From an uncultured Pelagibacteraceae bacterium (GTDB taxonomy: Bacteria > Pseudomonadota > Alphaproteobacteria > Pelagibacterales > Pelagibacteraceae): a stretch of 64,000 nt of DNA. Made by a program: the position numbers and the translations under genes. The stretch is from assembly GCA_902610975.1 (NCBI GenBank), contig CACLXL010000003.1:27029-91028 (forward strand). Reading direction: 5' to 3'. Positions 30,542 through 41,825 of this stretch are shown here, piece by piece. Each line of letters starts with the position of its first letter. The first letter of the stretch is position 1. A model generated the notes under the pieces. It saw only the letters and a list, made by a program, of their open reading frames with translations, did no database searches and was not told where the DNA came from.

Positions 30542-31541
30542 TATAACTCCTATAAAATTTAATTAATTTATTTACTTTATCAGGATCGGTTTGAGGAAGT
30601 AACCCGTGACCTAAATTGAAAATGTAAGGTATATCCCTGAAGATTTGAATGTATTTCGTCGCTCTTTTAAATATCGCTTTATTAGATCGTAGTAATATTT
30701 TTGGATCTAATCCTCCTTGTAGTACTACATTCTTTAAGTTTTTTTTTGCCCAAGTAGGGCTAATGCTTGGGTCTATACTGAGACAACTAGGTTTAACAAA
30801 TTTATTAAAATCTTTATATTTTTTTTTAATTCCTTTTGGGAAACAGATAGTTGGTATTTTGTGCTTTTTACAAAAATCAACTATTCTTTTATTAGGTGCA
30901 AAACAGTAATCTTTTTTTAATTTGTCAGGTATCAGACCTGCCCAAGAATCAAAAATTTGAACAACATTAGCTCCTGCTTTTGACTGATTTTTAATATGTA
31001 AACATAAAAAAAGAGTTAACTTATCCATAATTTTATCTAAATTTTTTAAAGATTTAAATTTCTCGGTATTTAATTTTGAATTACTTTTTTTTAAATCTAA
31101 CATATAAATTAATAACGTCCAAGGAGCTCCAACAAATGATATTAAAGATTTTTTTTTATCGAGTTTTTTTCGTGTAAGTTTAATTGCTTTGTAAACTGGC
31201 TTTAGCTTTCTGAAGAATTCGTTTTCATTTGTATTTAAAAAATATTTGTAATTGAATCGGTTTAGTTTTGGACCTTTTTTTTTAAAAAATTTAACCGTTT
31301 GTCCCAAAGCATATGGTACTATTAAGATATCAGAAAATATTATTGCAGAGTCTAAGTCAAACCTTTTTATTGGTTGTAAAGTTATTTTAGAACTTAACTC
31401 ACTATTCAGACAAAGTTTTATGAAATTTTTGTTTTTAGATCTTATTTTTCTAAATTCTGGTAAATATCTACCAGCTTGTCTCATAAACCAAACAGATTTA
31501 CAAGAAGATTTGTTATTTAAAATTTTCTCCAAGTTACTCAT
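30534..31541 (-). CDS. hemE: Uroporphyrinogen decarboxylase
   Basis: WFMRQAGRYLPE and FNLGHG motifs. Confidence 0.96.
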   Translation of the reverse strand: MSNLEKILNNKSSCKSVWFMRQAGRYLPEFRKIRSKNKNFIKLCLNSELSSKITLQPIKRFDLDSAIIFSDILIVPYALGQTVKFFKKKGPKLNRFNYKYFLNTNENEFFRKLKPVYKAIKLTRKKLDKKKSLISFVGAPWTLLIYMLDLKKSNSKLNTEKFKSLKNLDKIMDKLTLFLCLHIKNQSKAGANVVQIFDSWAGLIPDKLKKDYCFAPNKRIVDFCKKHKIPTICFPKGIKKKYKDFNKFVKPSCLSIDPSISPTWAKKNLKNVVLQGGLDPKILLRSNKAIFKRATKYIQIFRDIPYIFNLGHGLLPQTDPDKVNKLIKFYRSYNG

Positions 31542-31812
31542 TAAATAATAAAATATATTTTAAAGTAATGTATGTAGTAGACACTGTTAAAACACTAGAT
31601 AATTTTTTATACATATTTTATACAACAAATATTTAATAACTTTTTACAAAAACACATATTTCTATGTCTTTATTAATCTTATAAACACTAGTAAAACAAT
31701 ATTATCAACAAAGAATAAATTGTTAAAATAATGTTAATTAATGTTAACCTTTATTCTCTAATTTAAAAATGTGTTAAAAAACCATACTTATTAATTATTT
31801 ATAAACAATAAT
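31542..31812. other. Probable chromosomal replication origin (oriC)
   Basis: 271-bp very AT-rich gap between divergent hemE and ppsR-maf-aroE-coaE-dnaQ, the established alphaproteobacterial oriC context. DnaA-box-like TTATCAACA 31702, TTATACATA 31607, TTATAAACA 31679 and 31799. Confidence 0.8.
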
Positions 31813-32628
31813 ATGAACGAAAAATACAATGTATATCTTGTGTCTGACTCAACTGGTGAAACTCTAGATAGAATTTTTTTATCATTGAAATCACAATTTG
31901 CTAATTTTCAATATAATAAAAAAGAGTTTGCCTTTGTTCGGACAGAGCAACAAATAGACAAAATTATAAAAGAATGTGTTAATTTAGAAAACTCACTTAT
32001 CCTTTATACAATTGTAGAAACTAAACTTGCAAAATATATATCCAATCAAAGTAATAAAAATAGTGTTCCTTGTTTCGGTATTCTTGGAAACCTAATCTTA
32101 AGTTTCTCAAAACTTTTAAATCAAAAAGCTATTCACAAACCTAGCGCTCAACATGTTTTAGACGAAGACTATTACAAAAGAATTGAAGCAATACAGTTTA
32201 CAATGGCACACGATGATGGAAAAAAAATTGATGATTTAAAGAATGCCGATGTAATTTTACTAGGTGTCAGCAGAACAAGTAAAACCCCAACTTCAATTTA
32301 CCTTGCTAACAGAGGATATAAAACAATAAACATTCCTCTAGTGTTAGATCAAAAAATACCAGAAAGCTTAAATGATAATAACGCTTGCATAGTGGGCTTA
32401 GTCGCAGACCCGGAAAGATTAGCTGACATTAGAAGAAATAGGGTAGCCATTATGAATGATCATAATTTAAAAGAATACACTAACTTAGACTCAATAAAAA
32501 AAGAAGTAAATTTGTCAAAAAATATTTTTAAAAGAAACAATTGGCCTATAATTGATGTTACGAGAAGATCAGTTGAAGAGACAGCTGCATCAATTTTAAA
32601 GATTATTGAAATTAAGAAACATAAATGA
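31813..32628 (+). CDS. PEP synthase/PPDK regulatory kinase-pyrophosphorylase
   Basis: SDSTGET and GVSRTSKTP motifs. Confidence 0.93.
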   Translation: MNEKYNVYLVSDSTGETLDRIFLSLKSQFANFQYNKKEFAFVRTEQQIDKIIKECVNLENSLILYTIVETKLAKYISNQSNKNSVPCFGILGNLILSFSKLLNQKAIHKPSAQHVLDEDYYKRIEAIQFTMAHDDGKKIDDLKNADVILLGVSRTSKTPTSIYLANRGYKTINIPLVLDQKIPESLNDNNACIVGLVADPERLADIRRNRVAIMNDHNLKEYTNLDSIKKEVNLSKNIFKRNNWPIIDVTRRSVEETAASILKIIEIKKHK

Positions 32629-33206
32629 AAATAATTTTAGCTTCGAAAAGTGGTGTAAGAAAAAAAATATTAGATCAATTTAAAATTGAAACTAAAGTAA
32701 TCCCTTCAAATGTAGACGAAGACGAAGTAAAAAACTCACTTTTAGCTGAGGGAGCAGGACCACTGCAAATCTCAAAAAATCTAGCTGAAATTAAATCAAT
32801 TAAAGTAAGCAGCAACAACCCAAATCAACTCGTACTTGGTGCCGACAGCGTAATTTCATTAGATAACCAGCTGATCAATAAACCGAATTCAAGAGAGGAA
32901 GCTTTTGAGATATTAAAACGATTAAATAATTCCAAGCATTATCTGATAAGTTCTGTTTGTATTTCAAAAAATGGTGCGATGGTTTGGAGTTATTCTGATA
33001 CCTCAGAGCTTAAAATGAAAAATTTTAAAGAAGAGCAATTAATGAGCTATTTGGATAAGATAAAAACAGAAACACTTCTTGCGTATGGAGTTTATCAGGT
33101 TGAAGCTGAAGGTTTAAAGCTTTTTGAGTACATTAAAGGCGATATTAATTCAATTATGGGTTTGCCTATAAAAGATATTATAAACTATATTAATCAATAT
33201 AAATAA
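32625..33206 (+). CDS. maf: Maf-family nucleoside triphosphate pyrophosphatase
   Basis: IILASKS, LGADSV and IMGLP motifs. Confidence 0.9.
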   Translation: MKIILASKSGVRKKILDQFKIETKVIPSNVDEDEVKNSLLAEGAGPLQISKNLAEIKSIKVSSNNPNQLVLGADSVISLDNQLINKPNSREEAFEILKRLNNSKHYLISSVCISKNGAMVWSYSDTSELKMKNFKEEQLMSYLDKIKTETLLAYGVYQVEAEGLKLFEYIKGDINSIMGLPIKDIINYINQYK

Positions 33207-34027
33207 TGACTAGAAAATTCGGAATCATAGGCAATCCAATAAATCATTCTCTTTCACCTTTATTACATAATTATTGGTTTAAAAAATATAAGATTGATGC
33301 GGAATATTCGATAATTAATATAGAAGAAAATAAATTAGACTATTTAATAAATAAAGTTAAAGATAAAGCTTTCTCTGGCATAAACATTACTTTACCCTTT
33401 AAACAAAAGATTGTTCCTTTTCTAGAGGAGATTATAAACGACGCAAAGATAACTGGCTCAGTAAATACTGTTTATTTAAATGATAAAGGAAAAATTATAG
33501 GAGAAAACACAGATGTGTTTGGTCTCCAGGCGGCCTATCTTAAAGAAGTAGATGATATTTATAATAAAAAAACTTTAGTGATTGGAGCTGGTGGGGTATC
33601 TCCATCTGTAATTCTGTCTTTACAAAAATCTGGAATAAAAAACATATCAATAACAAATAGAACACATGAAAAATGTATTTTCCTTAAAAAAAAATTTACA
33701 AATATTAATATTATTAAGTGGTCAAATTTAAAAGATGAGATTAAAAACTTTGATATTATTATTAATGCAACAAGTCTTGGCCTTAAAGATGGAGACGATT
33801 TTAACTTCGAATTTGAACAACATAAAAAAAATTTAATTTACATAGATACAATTTACAACCCATTGGAAACAAAGACCTTAAAATATCTTAAAGGTAAAGA
33901 GATAAAAGTTTTTAATGGTCTCGATATGTTTATTTATCAAGGGCAAAAGGCTTTTTATTTATGGAATAAGATAAATCCAGAAATAGACCAACATTTAATA
34001 GAATTATTAAAATCAAAATTAAAATGA
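33206..34027 (+). CDS. aroE: Shikimate dehydrogenase
   Basis: HSLSPLLH, NITLPFK and NTD motifs. Confidence 0.95.
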   Translation: MTRKFGIIGNPINHSLSPLLHNYWFKKYKIDAEYSIINIEENKLDYLINKVKDKAFSGINITLPFKQKIVPFLEEIINDAKITGSVNTVYLNDKGKIIGENTDVFGLQAAYLKEVDDIYNKKTLVIGAGGVSPSVILSLQKSGIKNISITNRTHEKCIFLKKKFTNINIIKWSNLKDEIKNFDIIINATSLGLKDGDDFNFEFEQHKKNLIYIDTIYNPLETKTLKYLKGKEIKVFNGLDMFIYQGQKAFYLWNKINPEIDQHLIELLKSKLK

Positions 34028-34587
34028 AAAAAATTGGTATAACTGGATCTGTGGCTTCAGGAAAATCTACTGCAAGTAATTATCTGTCTTTAAAAAGAGG
34101 ACCTCTTTTTAGTGCAGACGATGCCGTTAAAAAGCTTTATAGAAATAAGAATTTTAAAAAATTAATTTCAGAAAAATTAAAAATAAAAAACGTCAATATT
34201 AAAGAAAACATAAAAAAAAAAATAGTTCTTAGTAAAAAAAGTTTTAAAAAATTAGAAAAAATAATTCACCCACTTGTAAGAAAACAAATGAAAAAGTTTA
34301 TTAGTAAGAACTCCAAAAAGAAAATTCTTTTTTTTGAAATTCCTTTATTAATTGAAAGTAATTTGATGAGCAATTTCGATCTTATAATTTTTATTAAAGC
34401 TAATAAAAGAATTAGACTTAAAAGATATCTTTTAAAAGGAGGAAATAAAAAAATTTTTGAAATATTAAATAACAAACAACTTGGTGATAAAAAAAAGATA
34501 AAATTTTGTGACCACATAGTTACCAATGAAAAAAATAAAAAACTATTAAAAAAAAAATTATCAGATATAATTAGACTTTATGAGTGA
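34024..34587 (+). CDS. coaE: Dephospho-CoA kinase
   Basis: GITGSVASGKST, IIHPLV and EIPLL motifs. Confidence 0.93.
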   Translation: MKKIGITGSVASGKSTASNYLSLKRGPLFSADDAVKKLYRNKNFKKLISEKLKIKNVNIKENIKKKIVLSKKSFKKLEKIIHPLVRKQMKKFISKNSKKKILFFEIPLLIESNLMSNFDLIIFIKANKRIRLKRYLLKGGNKKIFEILNNKQLGDKKKIKFCDHIVTNEKNKKLLKKKLSDIIRLYE

Positions 34588-35239
34588 AATTTTTCTTGAT
34601 ACAGAAACCACTGGTTTATCTTTTAAAAATGGACATAAAATTGTAGAAATCGCATGTGTTGAAACAAAAGATTTAATACCAACTGGAAGAGTTTTTCATA
34701 AATTAATTAATCCAAAAAGAGATGTTCCTAATGATGCTTATGAAATTCATGGTTTCTCAACTGAATTTTTAAAAAATAAAGAAACTTTTGGGGAAATAGC
34801 AATTGAATTTTTAAATTTCATACGTGAAAAAAAACTCATCATTCATAATGCACCATTTGACATTGGATTTTTAAATGGGGAACTTGGACTAATTAATCAA
34901 GAATTAATTAAAAAAGAACAAGTGATTGACTCATTGGAAATATCAAGAAATAAATTTCCTGGCTCACCTAGTTCACTAGATGCACTTTGTAAAAGGTTTA
35001 ACATAGATTTATCAAGGCGAACTAAACACAACGCTCTTCTTGATTGCGAACTCTTAAGAGAAGTTTATATAAATTTATTAGATGTAAGAGAGCCTAGGTT
35101 TAATTTGTCAAGCGATGAAAATGAAAAAAAATTGGTTAAAAGTACTAACTACAATAAAAAAATAGCTTATATAACGGAGGAGGAAATTAAATCACATAAA
35201 GATTTTTTAAAAAAGGAATTAAAGAAAAATTTTTATTGA
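34580..35239 (+). CDS. dnaQ: DNA polymerase III epsilon subunit
   Basis: LDTETTG, HNAPFD and HNALLD motifs. Confidence 0.96.
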   Translation: MSEIFLDTETTGLSFKNGHKIVEIACVETKDLIPTGRVFHKLINPKRDVPNDAYEIHGFSTEFLKNKETFGEIAIEFLNFIREKKLIIHNAPFDIGFLNGELGLINQELIKKEQVIDSLEISRNKFPGSPSSLDALCKRFNIDLSRRTKHNALLDCELLREVYINLLDVREPRFNLSSDENEKKLVKSTNYNKKIAYITEEEIKSHKDFLKKELKKNFY

Positions 35240-35652
35240 ACTTTTTTCATATTATACAGTTTTTGAAAGTCAACATTTTCGCTTATTTTAATATCTTTAA
35301 AACCAGATCTCTCAAAGAGACTTACAAATATCCCTCTCAGTTCTGCATAAATTTCGGTTGGAACATCTATAAGTATAATTTTTTCCATATCTTTTTTTTG
35401 AATTTGTTTATCAATTAATTCTATTATAGTTGCGTACACTATCTTGGTATCAATTTTTTCAAAATTATCTGTGATTGGAATGAGGTTTAGTGTTGTAAAA
35501 ATTTCTAAAATATTCTTATCTACTTGATTACTTTTTATATCAATATTAATCTTGTAGTTTTCAATATTTTTAGCAAGCATCAAGCATGCTTTCGAATTTG
35601 GAATACTAAATTTTAAATCCTTAATATATTTTCCTACAATTTTAAATTTCAT
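35233..35652 (-). CDS. secB: Protein-export chaperone SecB (divergent)
   Basis: YIKDLKFSIPN and VDFQKLY; conserved dnaQ-secB-fxsA-tim44 order. Confidence 0.8.
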   Translation of the reverse strand: MKFKIVGKYIKDLKFSIPNSKACLMLAKNIENYKINIDIKSNQVDKNILEIFTTLNLIPITDNFEKIDTKIVYATIIELIDKQIQKKDMEKIILIDVPTEIYAELRGIFVSLFERSGFKDIKISENVDFQKLYNMKKVQ

Positions 35653-36064
35653 CTTTATTTTTATCTATAATTTCACCATCAATTATTCTTTTATTTTTTT
35701 CATTGTAATTATTAATCTTTTTATTTTTTAAGAAATTTTTAAATAAAAACCTCCTTGTTAAAGGAATTAATAATATAAACCCAAAAATATCTGTTAGAAA
35801 ACCTGGTATTATTAAAAGTAAAGAGGCGAGCGCAATAGATGCTCCAGAAAGAATTTCGTAAACAGGAGCTTCGTTACGATATAAACTTAAAATTCCTGAC
35901 CTTAAAGTTTGGATGCCCTGAATTCTTGCATAATATATACCTATGAAAGCTGTTAAAAAAATTAGAGCTACAGTGTAGATAGCTCCAATTTTACTACCAA
36001 TTTTTATCATTAAAAATATCTCTAATGCTGGTAATCCGATAAATATTAGGAAAAATGTGTTCAT
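35642..36064 (-). CDS. fxsA: FxsA family membrane protein
   Basis: LLIIPGFLTD and IIDGE motifs. Confidence 0.9.
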   Translation of the reverse strand: MNTFFLIFIGLPALEIFLMIKIGSKIGAIYTVALIFLTAFIGIYYARIQGIQTLRSGILSLYRNEAPVYEILSGASIALASLLLIIPGFLTDIFGFILLIPLTRRFLFKNFLKNKKINNYNEKNKRIIDGEIIDKNKDEI

Positions 36065-36108
36065 TTGTCTGATACAAAATTATATTATTCATGTATATTT
36101 ATCAAATT

Positions 36109-36708
36109 ATGAGTAATAGTTTTGGATATTTAGATATAATTTTACTGGGTATGATCGCAGGTTTTATTATTTTGCGATTGAGAAGTATTTTGGGAAGAAA
36201 AACTGGTCACGAATCGAAAGTTTATCCAAATTTCGCTGAAAAAAAATTTAGTATACCTCAGCAAGATAAAAATCCGGTAAAACAAAATTTTGAGATTTTA
36301 GAGGGAAAAGATAAAAAAGAATTTTTAAGGGGCGCAGAAATAGCTTATGAAAGTATATTAACTTCTTTTGCTAATGGTGACCTAATTAAACTTAAAGCAT
36401 TATTATCACCAAAAATGTTTTCTAATTTTTCCGAAGCAATTAAAACAAGAAATAAGGAAAATATAAAATCTGAATTCACATTTATTGGTGTGAAAGAATC
36501 TTCCGTTGAAAAATATGAAAAAATCAAAGACAACTTATTTGCTACAGTAAAATTTGTTGCTGAAGTTATATCAGTAAAAAAAGATAAAGAAAATAAAATT
36601 ATTGAAGGGAATCCAGATAAAATAAAATTTGTTTCAGATAGCTGGAAATTTACTAAAAACGTAAATCAAAAAAGTCCTAACTGGTATCTATCCGAAATTA
36701 TCAATTAG
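36109..36708 (+). CDS. Tim44/TimA family protein
   Basis: LRSILGRKTG, FLRGAEIAYE and PNWYL motifs; start may be 36091. Confidence 0.88.
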   Translation: MSNSFGYLDIILLGMIAGFIILRLRSILGRKTGHESKVYPNFAEKKFSIPQQDKNPVKQNFEILEGKDKKEFLRGAEIAYESILTSFANGDLIKLKALLSPKMFSNFSEAIKTRNKENIKSEFTFIGVKESSVEKYEKIKDNLFATVKFVAEVISVKKDKENKIIEGNPDKIKFVSDSWKFTKNVNQKSPNWYLSEIIN

Positions 36709-37118
36709 TGATAAAGAAAAAAAATCTTTCACAAGATGATAAAAAAGTATGGGATGAATTCGTTAGAAATCCATCAGATATTTATGATAAAGACAGAGAT
36801 CAATTGCATCATAAAAAAATTCGTTTTAAATTTGATTTACACGGTTTCACTTTAGAAAATGCAAATTTAAAAGTAAAAGAGTTGATAAACTATTGTATCT
36901 CTAATAATTATAGAGAGCTGTTATTAATAACTGGAAAAGGTTTGCACTCAACTAATGAAGCCGATGAGTATGTATCTAAAGATCTTGGAAAATTAAAGTA
37001 TTCAGTGCCTGAATATATTAAAAATAGCGAATTATTTTCTTATATCATCTCAATCGAAGATGCTGATAAAAAAGATGGTGGAGAAGGCGCATTAATAATT
37101 AAATTAAAAAAATTATAA
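36708..37118 (+). CDS. Smr/MutS2 domain protein
   Basis: DLHG, ITGKG and GGEGA motifs. Confidence 0.9.
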   Translation: MIKKKNLSQDDKKVWDEFVRNPSDIYDKDRDQLHHKKIRFKFDLHGFTLENANLKVKELINYCISNNYRELLLITGKGLHSTNEADEYVSKDLGKLKYSVPEYIKNSELFSYIISIEDADKKDGGEGALIIKLKKL

Positions 37119-38489
37119 AATAAATTTTGATAAATCTGTATCTTTTACCAAATTACCTAAATTGTCTTGAACAAATTTTTTATCTACAGTAATAGTTTCT
37201 CCAGCTCTATCAGTTGCATTAAAACTAATATCGTCTAAAACTTTCTCAATTATTGTGTGAAGCCTCCTTGCTCCAATGTTTTCAACAGAAGAATTTACCT
37301 CTGCTGAAATTTTTGCAAGCATATCAATGCCGTCCTCAGAAAACTCGAGATTAACATCTTCGGTATTTAACAAAGCTTTATATTGTTTTATTAAACTATT
37401 ATCTGGCTCCTTTAGTATTCTTTTAAAATCATCTTCATTAAGAGCGTTCAGCTCAACTCTTATCGGCAATCTGCCTTGCAATTCTGGTAACAAGTCAGAT
37501 GGTTTAGCTAGTTGGAAAGCACCTGATGCAATAAATAAAATGTGATCTGTTTTTATTGGACCATGCTTAGTGCTTACTGTTGTTCCCTCAATTAAGGGTA
37601 GTAGGTCTCTTTGTACCCCCTCTCTCGAAACATCTCCACCTACTCTGTCACTTCTTGCTGAAACCTTATCGATTTCATCTAGAAATACAATTCCATTTTC
37701 CTCTGTAGCCATTTTAGCCTCTTTAATTATTTTATCTTCCTCGATCATTTTATCCGACTCTTGTGCAACTAATATTCCATGAGACTCTTTTACAGTCATT
37801 TTTTTCTTTTTACCTTTTTTTCCACTCATAGATTTACCAAGAATATCCCCTAAATTAACCATTCCAACGTTTCCACCCGGCATACCTGGTATTTCAAAAC
37901 TTTGTAAACTAGAAGAAGTATCCTGAACCTCTATCTCAATTTCATTGTTATCCAAGTCGCCGTTTCTGAGTCTTTTTCTAAAACTTTCTCTAGTTGCAAC
38001 ACTAGCTTTATTACCAACTAAAGCGTCTAAGACTTTTTCTTCTGCTTTTAACTCAGCTTTAGCTTTTACTTCTTTTCTTTTCCTCTCTCTTTCCATTGCA
38101 ATAGCAATCTCAATTAAGTCTCTTACAATTTGTTCTACATCTCTACCGACGTAACCAACTTCAGTAAATCTTGTAGCTTCAACTTTTATAAATGGAGCTT
38201 CTGCAAGCCTTGATAGTCGTCTAGATATTTCAGTTTTACCAACACCAGTTGGACCTATCATAAGAATATTTTTTGGAAGAACTTCGTCTCTCATTTCGTC
38301 AGTAAGAGCCTGTCTTCTCCATCTATTTCTTAGAGCAACAGCCACAGCTTTTTTTGCTTCTTTCTGTCCAATAACATATCTATCCAGTTCAGAAACAATT
38401 TCTCTTGGTGAAAGAGCACTTACTTTTGATCTATCTTCTTTAGACCCCTTTACTAACTTTAGGTTTGTATCTTTTTTTGATTTTGACAT
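37113..38489 (-). CDS. hslU: ATP-dependent protease ATPase HslU
   Basis: GPTGVGKTE and GYVGRD motifs. Confidence 0.98.
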   Translation of the reverse strand: MSKSKKDTNLKLVKGSKEDRSKVSALSPREIVSELDRYVIGQKEAKKAVAVALRNRWRRQALTDEMRDEVLPKNILMIGPTGVGKTEISRRLSRLAEAPFIKVEATRFTEVGYVGRDVEQIVRDLIEIAIAMERERKRKEVKAKAELKAEEKVLDALVGNKASVATRESFRKRLRNGDLDNNEIEIEVQDTSSSLQSFEIPGMPGGNVGMVNLGDILGKSMSGKKGKKKKMTVKESHGILVAQESDKMIEEDKIIKEAKMATEENGIVFLDEIDKVSARSDRVGGDVSREGVQRDLLPLIEGTTVSTKHGPIKTDHILFIASGAFQLAKPSDLLPELQGRLPIRVELNALNEDDFKRILKEPDNSLIKQYKALLNTEDVNLEFSEDGIDMLAKISAEVNSSVENIGARRLHTIIEKVLDDISFNATDRAGETITVDKKFVQDNLGNLVKDTDLSKFIL

Positions 38490-39029
38490 TTAAATTTTTT
38501 CCATCGTAACATTATTATTTGTAAATACACAAATATCTGAAGCAACTTTCAAGGCCTTTCTTGCAATTTCCTCTGCCTTCATGTCAGTTTCAATTAAAAC
38601 TTTCGCTGCTGCTAAAGCGTAATTACCTCCAGAGCCTATCCCAATTATCCCATCCTCTGGTTCTAAAACATCACCCGTACCGGAAATAATGAAGCTATGG
38701 CTTTTATCTGCTACTGCCATCAAAGCTTCTAATCTTCTTAAAAATTTATCACTTCTCCAATCCTTAGCTAATTCAACAGCCGCTCTTTGTAAATTTCCTG
38801 CGTGTTTTTCTAGTTTTGCTTCAAGTCTCTCAAACAAAGTTAATGCATCAGCTGTAGAACCAGCAAATCCTGCTATTACCCCTCTGCTCTCTATCTTTCT
38901 AACTTTTTTTGCTTTACTTTTTAAAACTGTATTTCCAAGACTTACTTGACCATCTCCTGCAACTATAGTTTCCCCACCTTTTCTAAGCAATACAATTGTA
39001 GTGCCGTGCCATTTTTCAGCTGTATTCAT
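38490..39029 (-). CDS. hslV: ATP-dependent protease HslV
   Basis: HGTTI, AGDGQV and GSGG motifs. Confidence 0.98.
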   Translation of the reverse strand: MNTAEKWHGTTIVLLRKGGETIVAGDGQVSLGNTVLKSKAKKVRKIESRGVIAGFAGSTADALTLFERLEAKLEKHAGNLQRAAVELAKDWRSDKFLRRLEALMAVADKSHSFIISGTGDVLEPEDGIIGIGSGGNYALAAAKVLIETDMKAEEIARKALKVASDICVFTNNNVTMEKI

Positions 39030-39035
39030 GAAGTT

Positions 39036-39064
39036 ATATGTGGAGATTAATTTGAGATCTTCAA
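39036..39064 (-). promoter_or_regulatory. Putative RpoH (sigma32) promoter of hslVU
   Basis: Minus strand TTGAA-N16-CCACATAT, ending 6 nt before the ATG. Confidence 0.65.
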
Positions 39065-39125
39065 TAGTGATTTATTGATAAAATGACGATTTAAATATAT
39101 ATCAAAGGTAAATCGGGCATAGTTT

Positions 39126-39716
39126 ATGAGCAGAAAAGCGAAAATTACGAGAAAAACTAAAGAGACAAGTATTTCTGTCGCGGTCAATCTAGACGGAAAA
39201 GGAAAGTATAAAATTAAAACTGGAATAGGTTTTTTAGATCACATGTTGGAACAATTATCTAAACACTCTCTTATTGATTTAGAAGTTAAAGCTAAGGGCG
39301 ACACACATATAGATTTACACCACACTACTGAGGATACCGGTATAGCAATTGGAGAAGCTATTAAAAAAGCGGCGGGTAATCGAAAAGGTATAACAAGGTA
39401 TGCATCAACAATGATACCTATGGATGAAACGCTAAGCCGAGTTTCAATTGATGTATCAAATAGACCTTATTTAATCTGGAAAGTAAATCTACCGGTTGAG
39501 AAACTTGGTGAGATGGATACAGAATTATTTAAAGAGTGGTTCCAAGCTTTTTCACAATCAGCTGGAGTTACTTTACACATAGAAAATATTTACGGTGAAA
39601 ATAGCCACCACAAGATTGAGTCATGTTACAAAGGTTTAGCTAGATCATTAAAAGATGCTTTAGCGATTGATAAAAGAATTAAAAACTCAATACCTTCGAC
39701 AAAAGGCTCTATTTAA
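39126..39716 (+). CDS. hisB: Imidazoleglycerol-phosphate dehydratase
   Basis: DLHHTTED and NSHHKIE motifs. Confidence 0.97.
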   Translation: MSRKAKITRKTKETSISVAVNLDGKGKYKIKTGIGFLDHMLEQLSKHSLIDLEVKAKGDTHIDLHHTTEDTGIAIGEAIKKAAGNRKGITRYASTMIPMDETLSRVSIDVSNRPYLIWKVNLPVEKLGEMDTELFKEWFQAFSQSAGVTLHIENIYGENSHHKIESCYKGLARSLKDALAIDKRIKNSIPSTKGSI

Positions 39717-39721
39717 ATTTG

Positions 39722-40348
39722 ATGAACGTCACAATTGTTGACTACCAATCTGGCAATATTAGCTCTGTCATAAATTCTTTTACAGAGGTAGCTAAAGGTA
39801 AAGTTAATCTAGAAGTAACTTCAGACATCAAGAAAATTAAGTGTAGTGACAAGATTGTTTTACCAGGGCAAGGTTCATTTAAAAGCTGCGTTGACTCTCT
39901 TAATCAAATTAAGGGATTAGTTGATACATTAAAAGAATTTGCAACAACAAATAAGAAACCTTTATTAGGAATTTGTGTAGGCCTACAAATGTTCGCAGAT
40001 GTTGGATATGAAGAAGCAGAAACAAAAGGATTAGGTTGGATTTCTGGTAGAGTTTCTAAAATTGATAATCAAAAAGGAAAATTTAAACTCCCGCATATTG
40101 GTTGGAACGAAATTGAAATTCAAAAAGAAAGTAAAATATTTAAAGATATAACAAATAAATCTCACATGTATTTCGTACATAGTTATGAATTTATTCCTAA
40201 AGATAAGTCAGTGATCTCAGCAACAACAGATTATTCATCAAAAATTGTTTGTTCTGTTGAAAAAGACAATTTATTTGGTACCCAATTTCACCCTGAGAAG
40301 AGTGATAAAATTGGATTAAAAGTGATTGATAACTTTTTAAAATTATAA
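39722..40348 (+). CDS. hisH: Imidazole glycerol phosphate synthase amidotransferase subunit
   Basis: GICVGLQ and QFHPEKS motifs. Confidence 0.96.
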   Translation: MNVTIVDYQSGNISSVINSFTEVAKGKVNLEVTSDIKKIKCSDKIVLPGQGSFKSCVDSLNQIKGLVDTLKEFATTNKKPLLGICVGLQMFADVGYEEAETKGLGWISGRVSKIDNQKGKFKLPHIGWNEIEIQKESKIFKDITNKSHMYFVHSYEFIPKDKSVISATTDYSSKIVCSVEKDNLFGTQFHPEKSDKIGLKVIDNFLKL

Positions 40349-41073
40349 TGAAAATATTTCCTGCAATAGATATAAAAGACAAGAAATGCGTAAGATTAAT
40401 CAAAGGTAACTTTGAAAATAAAACTGAATACGAAACTTCACCGATTGAGCAAGCAGCTAAATTTAAAGATCATGGCTTTAAAAACTTACACATTGTTGAT
40501 CTAGACGGAGCTTTAACGGGTAAAACAGTCAATCAAGATATTATAAAAGAAATAATAAGAAAATACGATTTGAAGATTGAAATAGGCGGTGGTGTTAGAT
40601 CTCTTGATGGCATTAAACAATATGTCGATACTGGTGTTGAGAAAGTAATTTTAGGAAGTGGTGCTATTAAAAATAAAGAATTTTTAAAAGAGTCTTGCGT
40701 AAAATTTAAAGGCCAAATCGCTTTGGGATTAGACGCAAAAGATGGAAATCTTTCAGTATCAGGCTGGAAAGAAAATCTAGAAATTAAAACCACAGATTTT
40801 TTAAAAGAAGTAAATGATTTTGGCGTTAGCAGAATTATTTTTACAGACATAAATAGAGATGGAATGAAAACTAGTCCTAACCTAGATGAAACTGTAAAAA
40901 TTGCTGGGCTTTCTAAATGTCCTGTAGTTATTTCAGGAGGCGTTTCTTCAATAAACGACATTAAGAAGGCCAAAGGGTTAAATAATAAAAAAATTGAAGG
41001 CATTATTGTTGGCAAAGCTATTTACGATGGTGATATTAAGCTTGATGAGTTAGCAAAGGAGATTAATGCTTAA
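40348..41073 (+). CDS. hisA: ProFAR isomerase
   Basis: IFPAIDI and HIVDLDGA motifs. Confidence 0.96.
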   Translation: MKIFPAIDIKDKKCVRLIKGNFENKTEYETSPIEQAAKFKDHGFKNLHIVDLDGALTGKTVNQDIIKEIIRKYDLKIEIGGGVRSLDGIKQYVDTGVEKVILGSGAIKNKEFLKESCVKFKGQIALGLDAKDGNLSVSGWKENLEIKTTDFLKEVNDFGVSRIIFTDINRDGMKTSPNLDETVKIAGLSKCPVVISGGVSSINDIKKAKGLNNKKIEGIIVGKAIYDGDIKLDELAKEINA

Positions 41074-41824
41074 AAATAGAATTATACCTTGCCTTGACGT
41101 TAAAGATGGAAGAGTTGTTAAAGGTATTAACTTTGTTGAATTAAAAGACGCTGGAGATCCAGTAGAACAAGCTAAAATATATAGTGACGGTGGCGCTGAC
41201 GAGATTTGTTTTCTTGATATTACTGCTTCAAATGAAAATAGAGAAACGATTATTGATATTGTTAGAAAAACTGCGAAAGAATGTTTCGTTCCTTTAACTG
41301 TTGGAGGTGGAGTTAGAACTATTCAAAATATTACCGATTTATTGTTAGCCGGTGCAGATAAAGTTTCTATTAATACTGCTGCTGTAAAAAATGTTGACTT
41401 CGTTAAGGAAGCTTCAAAAAAATTTGGATCTCAATGTATTGTTGTTGCGATTGATGCAAAAAAAGTTTCAGATAATAAATGGGAAGTATTTACACATGGT
41501 GGAAGAAATAAAACTGGTATCGATGCAATAGAGTTTGCTAAAAAAGTAGAAGAAAATGGAGCTGGAGAAATTTTACTAACTTCAATGGACAAAGATGGAA
41601 CTAAATCTGGTTACGATGTTAATTTATTAAAAACAATTACGAATAACACTAATATTCCTGTAATAGCTTCCGGTGGAGTTGGAACTCTAGATCATTTATA
41701 TGATGGCATAGTTAAAGGTGGAGCAAGTGCAGTTTTAGCGGCTTCTATTTTTCATTATGGCGAATATAAAATCAAAGATGCTAAAGAATATTTGAATTCT
41801 AAAAATGTATCAGTAAGGTTATAA
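41066..41824 (+). CDS. hisF: Imidazole glycerol phosphate synthase cyclase subunit
   Basis: RIIPCLDV and FLDITAS motifs. Confidence 0.97.
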   Translation: MLKNRIIPCLDVKDGRVVKGINFVELKDAGDPVEQAKIYSDGGADEICFLDITASNENRETIIDIVRKTAKECFVPLTVGGGVRTIQNITDLLLAGADKVSINTAAVKNVDFVKEASKKFGSQCIVVAIDAKKVSDNKWEVFTHGGRNKTGIDAIEFAKKVEENGAGEILLTSMDKDGTKSGYDVNLLKTITNNTNIPVIASGGVGTLDHLYDGIVKGGASAVLAASIFHYGEYKIKDAKEYLNSKNVSVRL

Positions 41825-41825
41825 G

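Noticed and set aside
34024-34587. Lys-rich CoaE (also HemE, ArgG, PurH) as further polybasic-tail proteins
   Set aside because: The Lys enrichment is dispersed and follows the AT bias, unlike the discrete, acid-free Acs extension.
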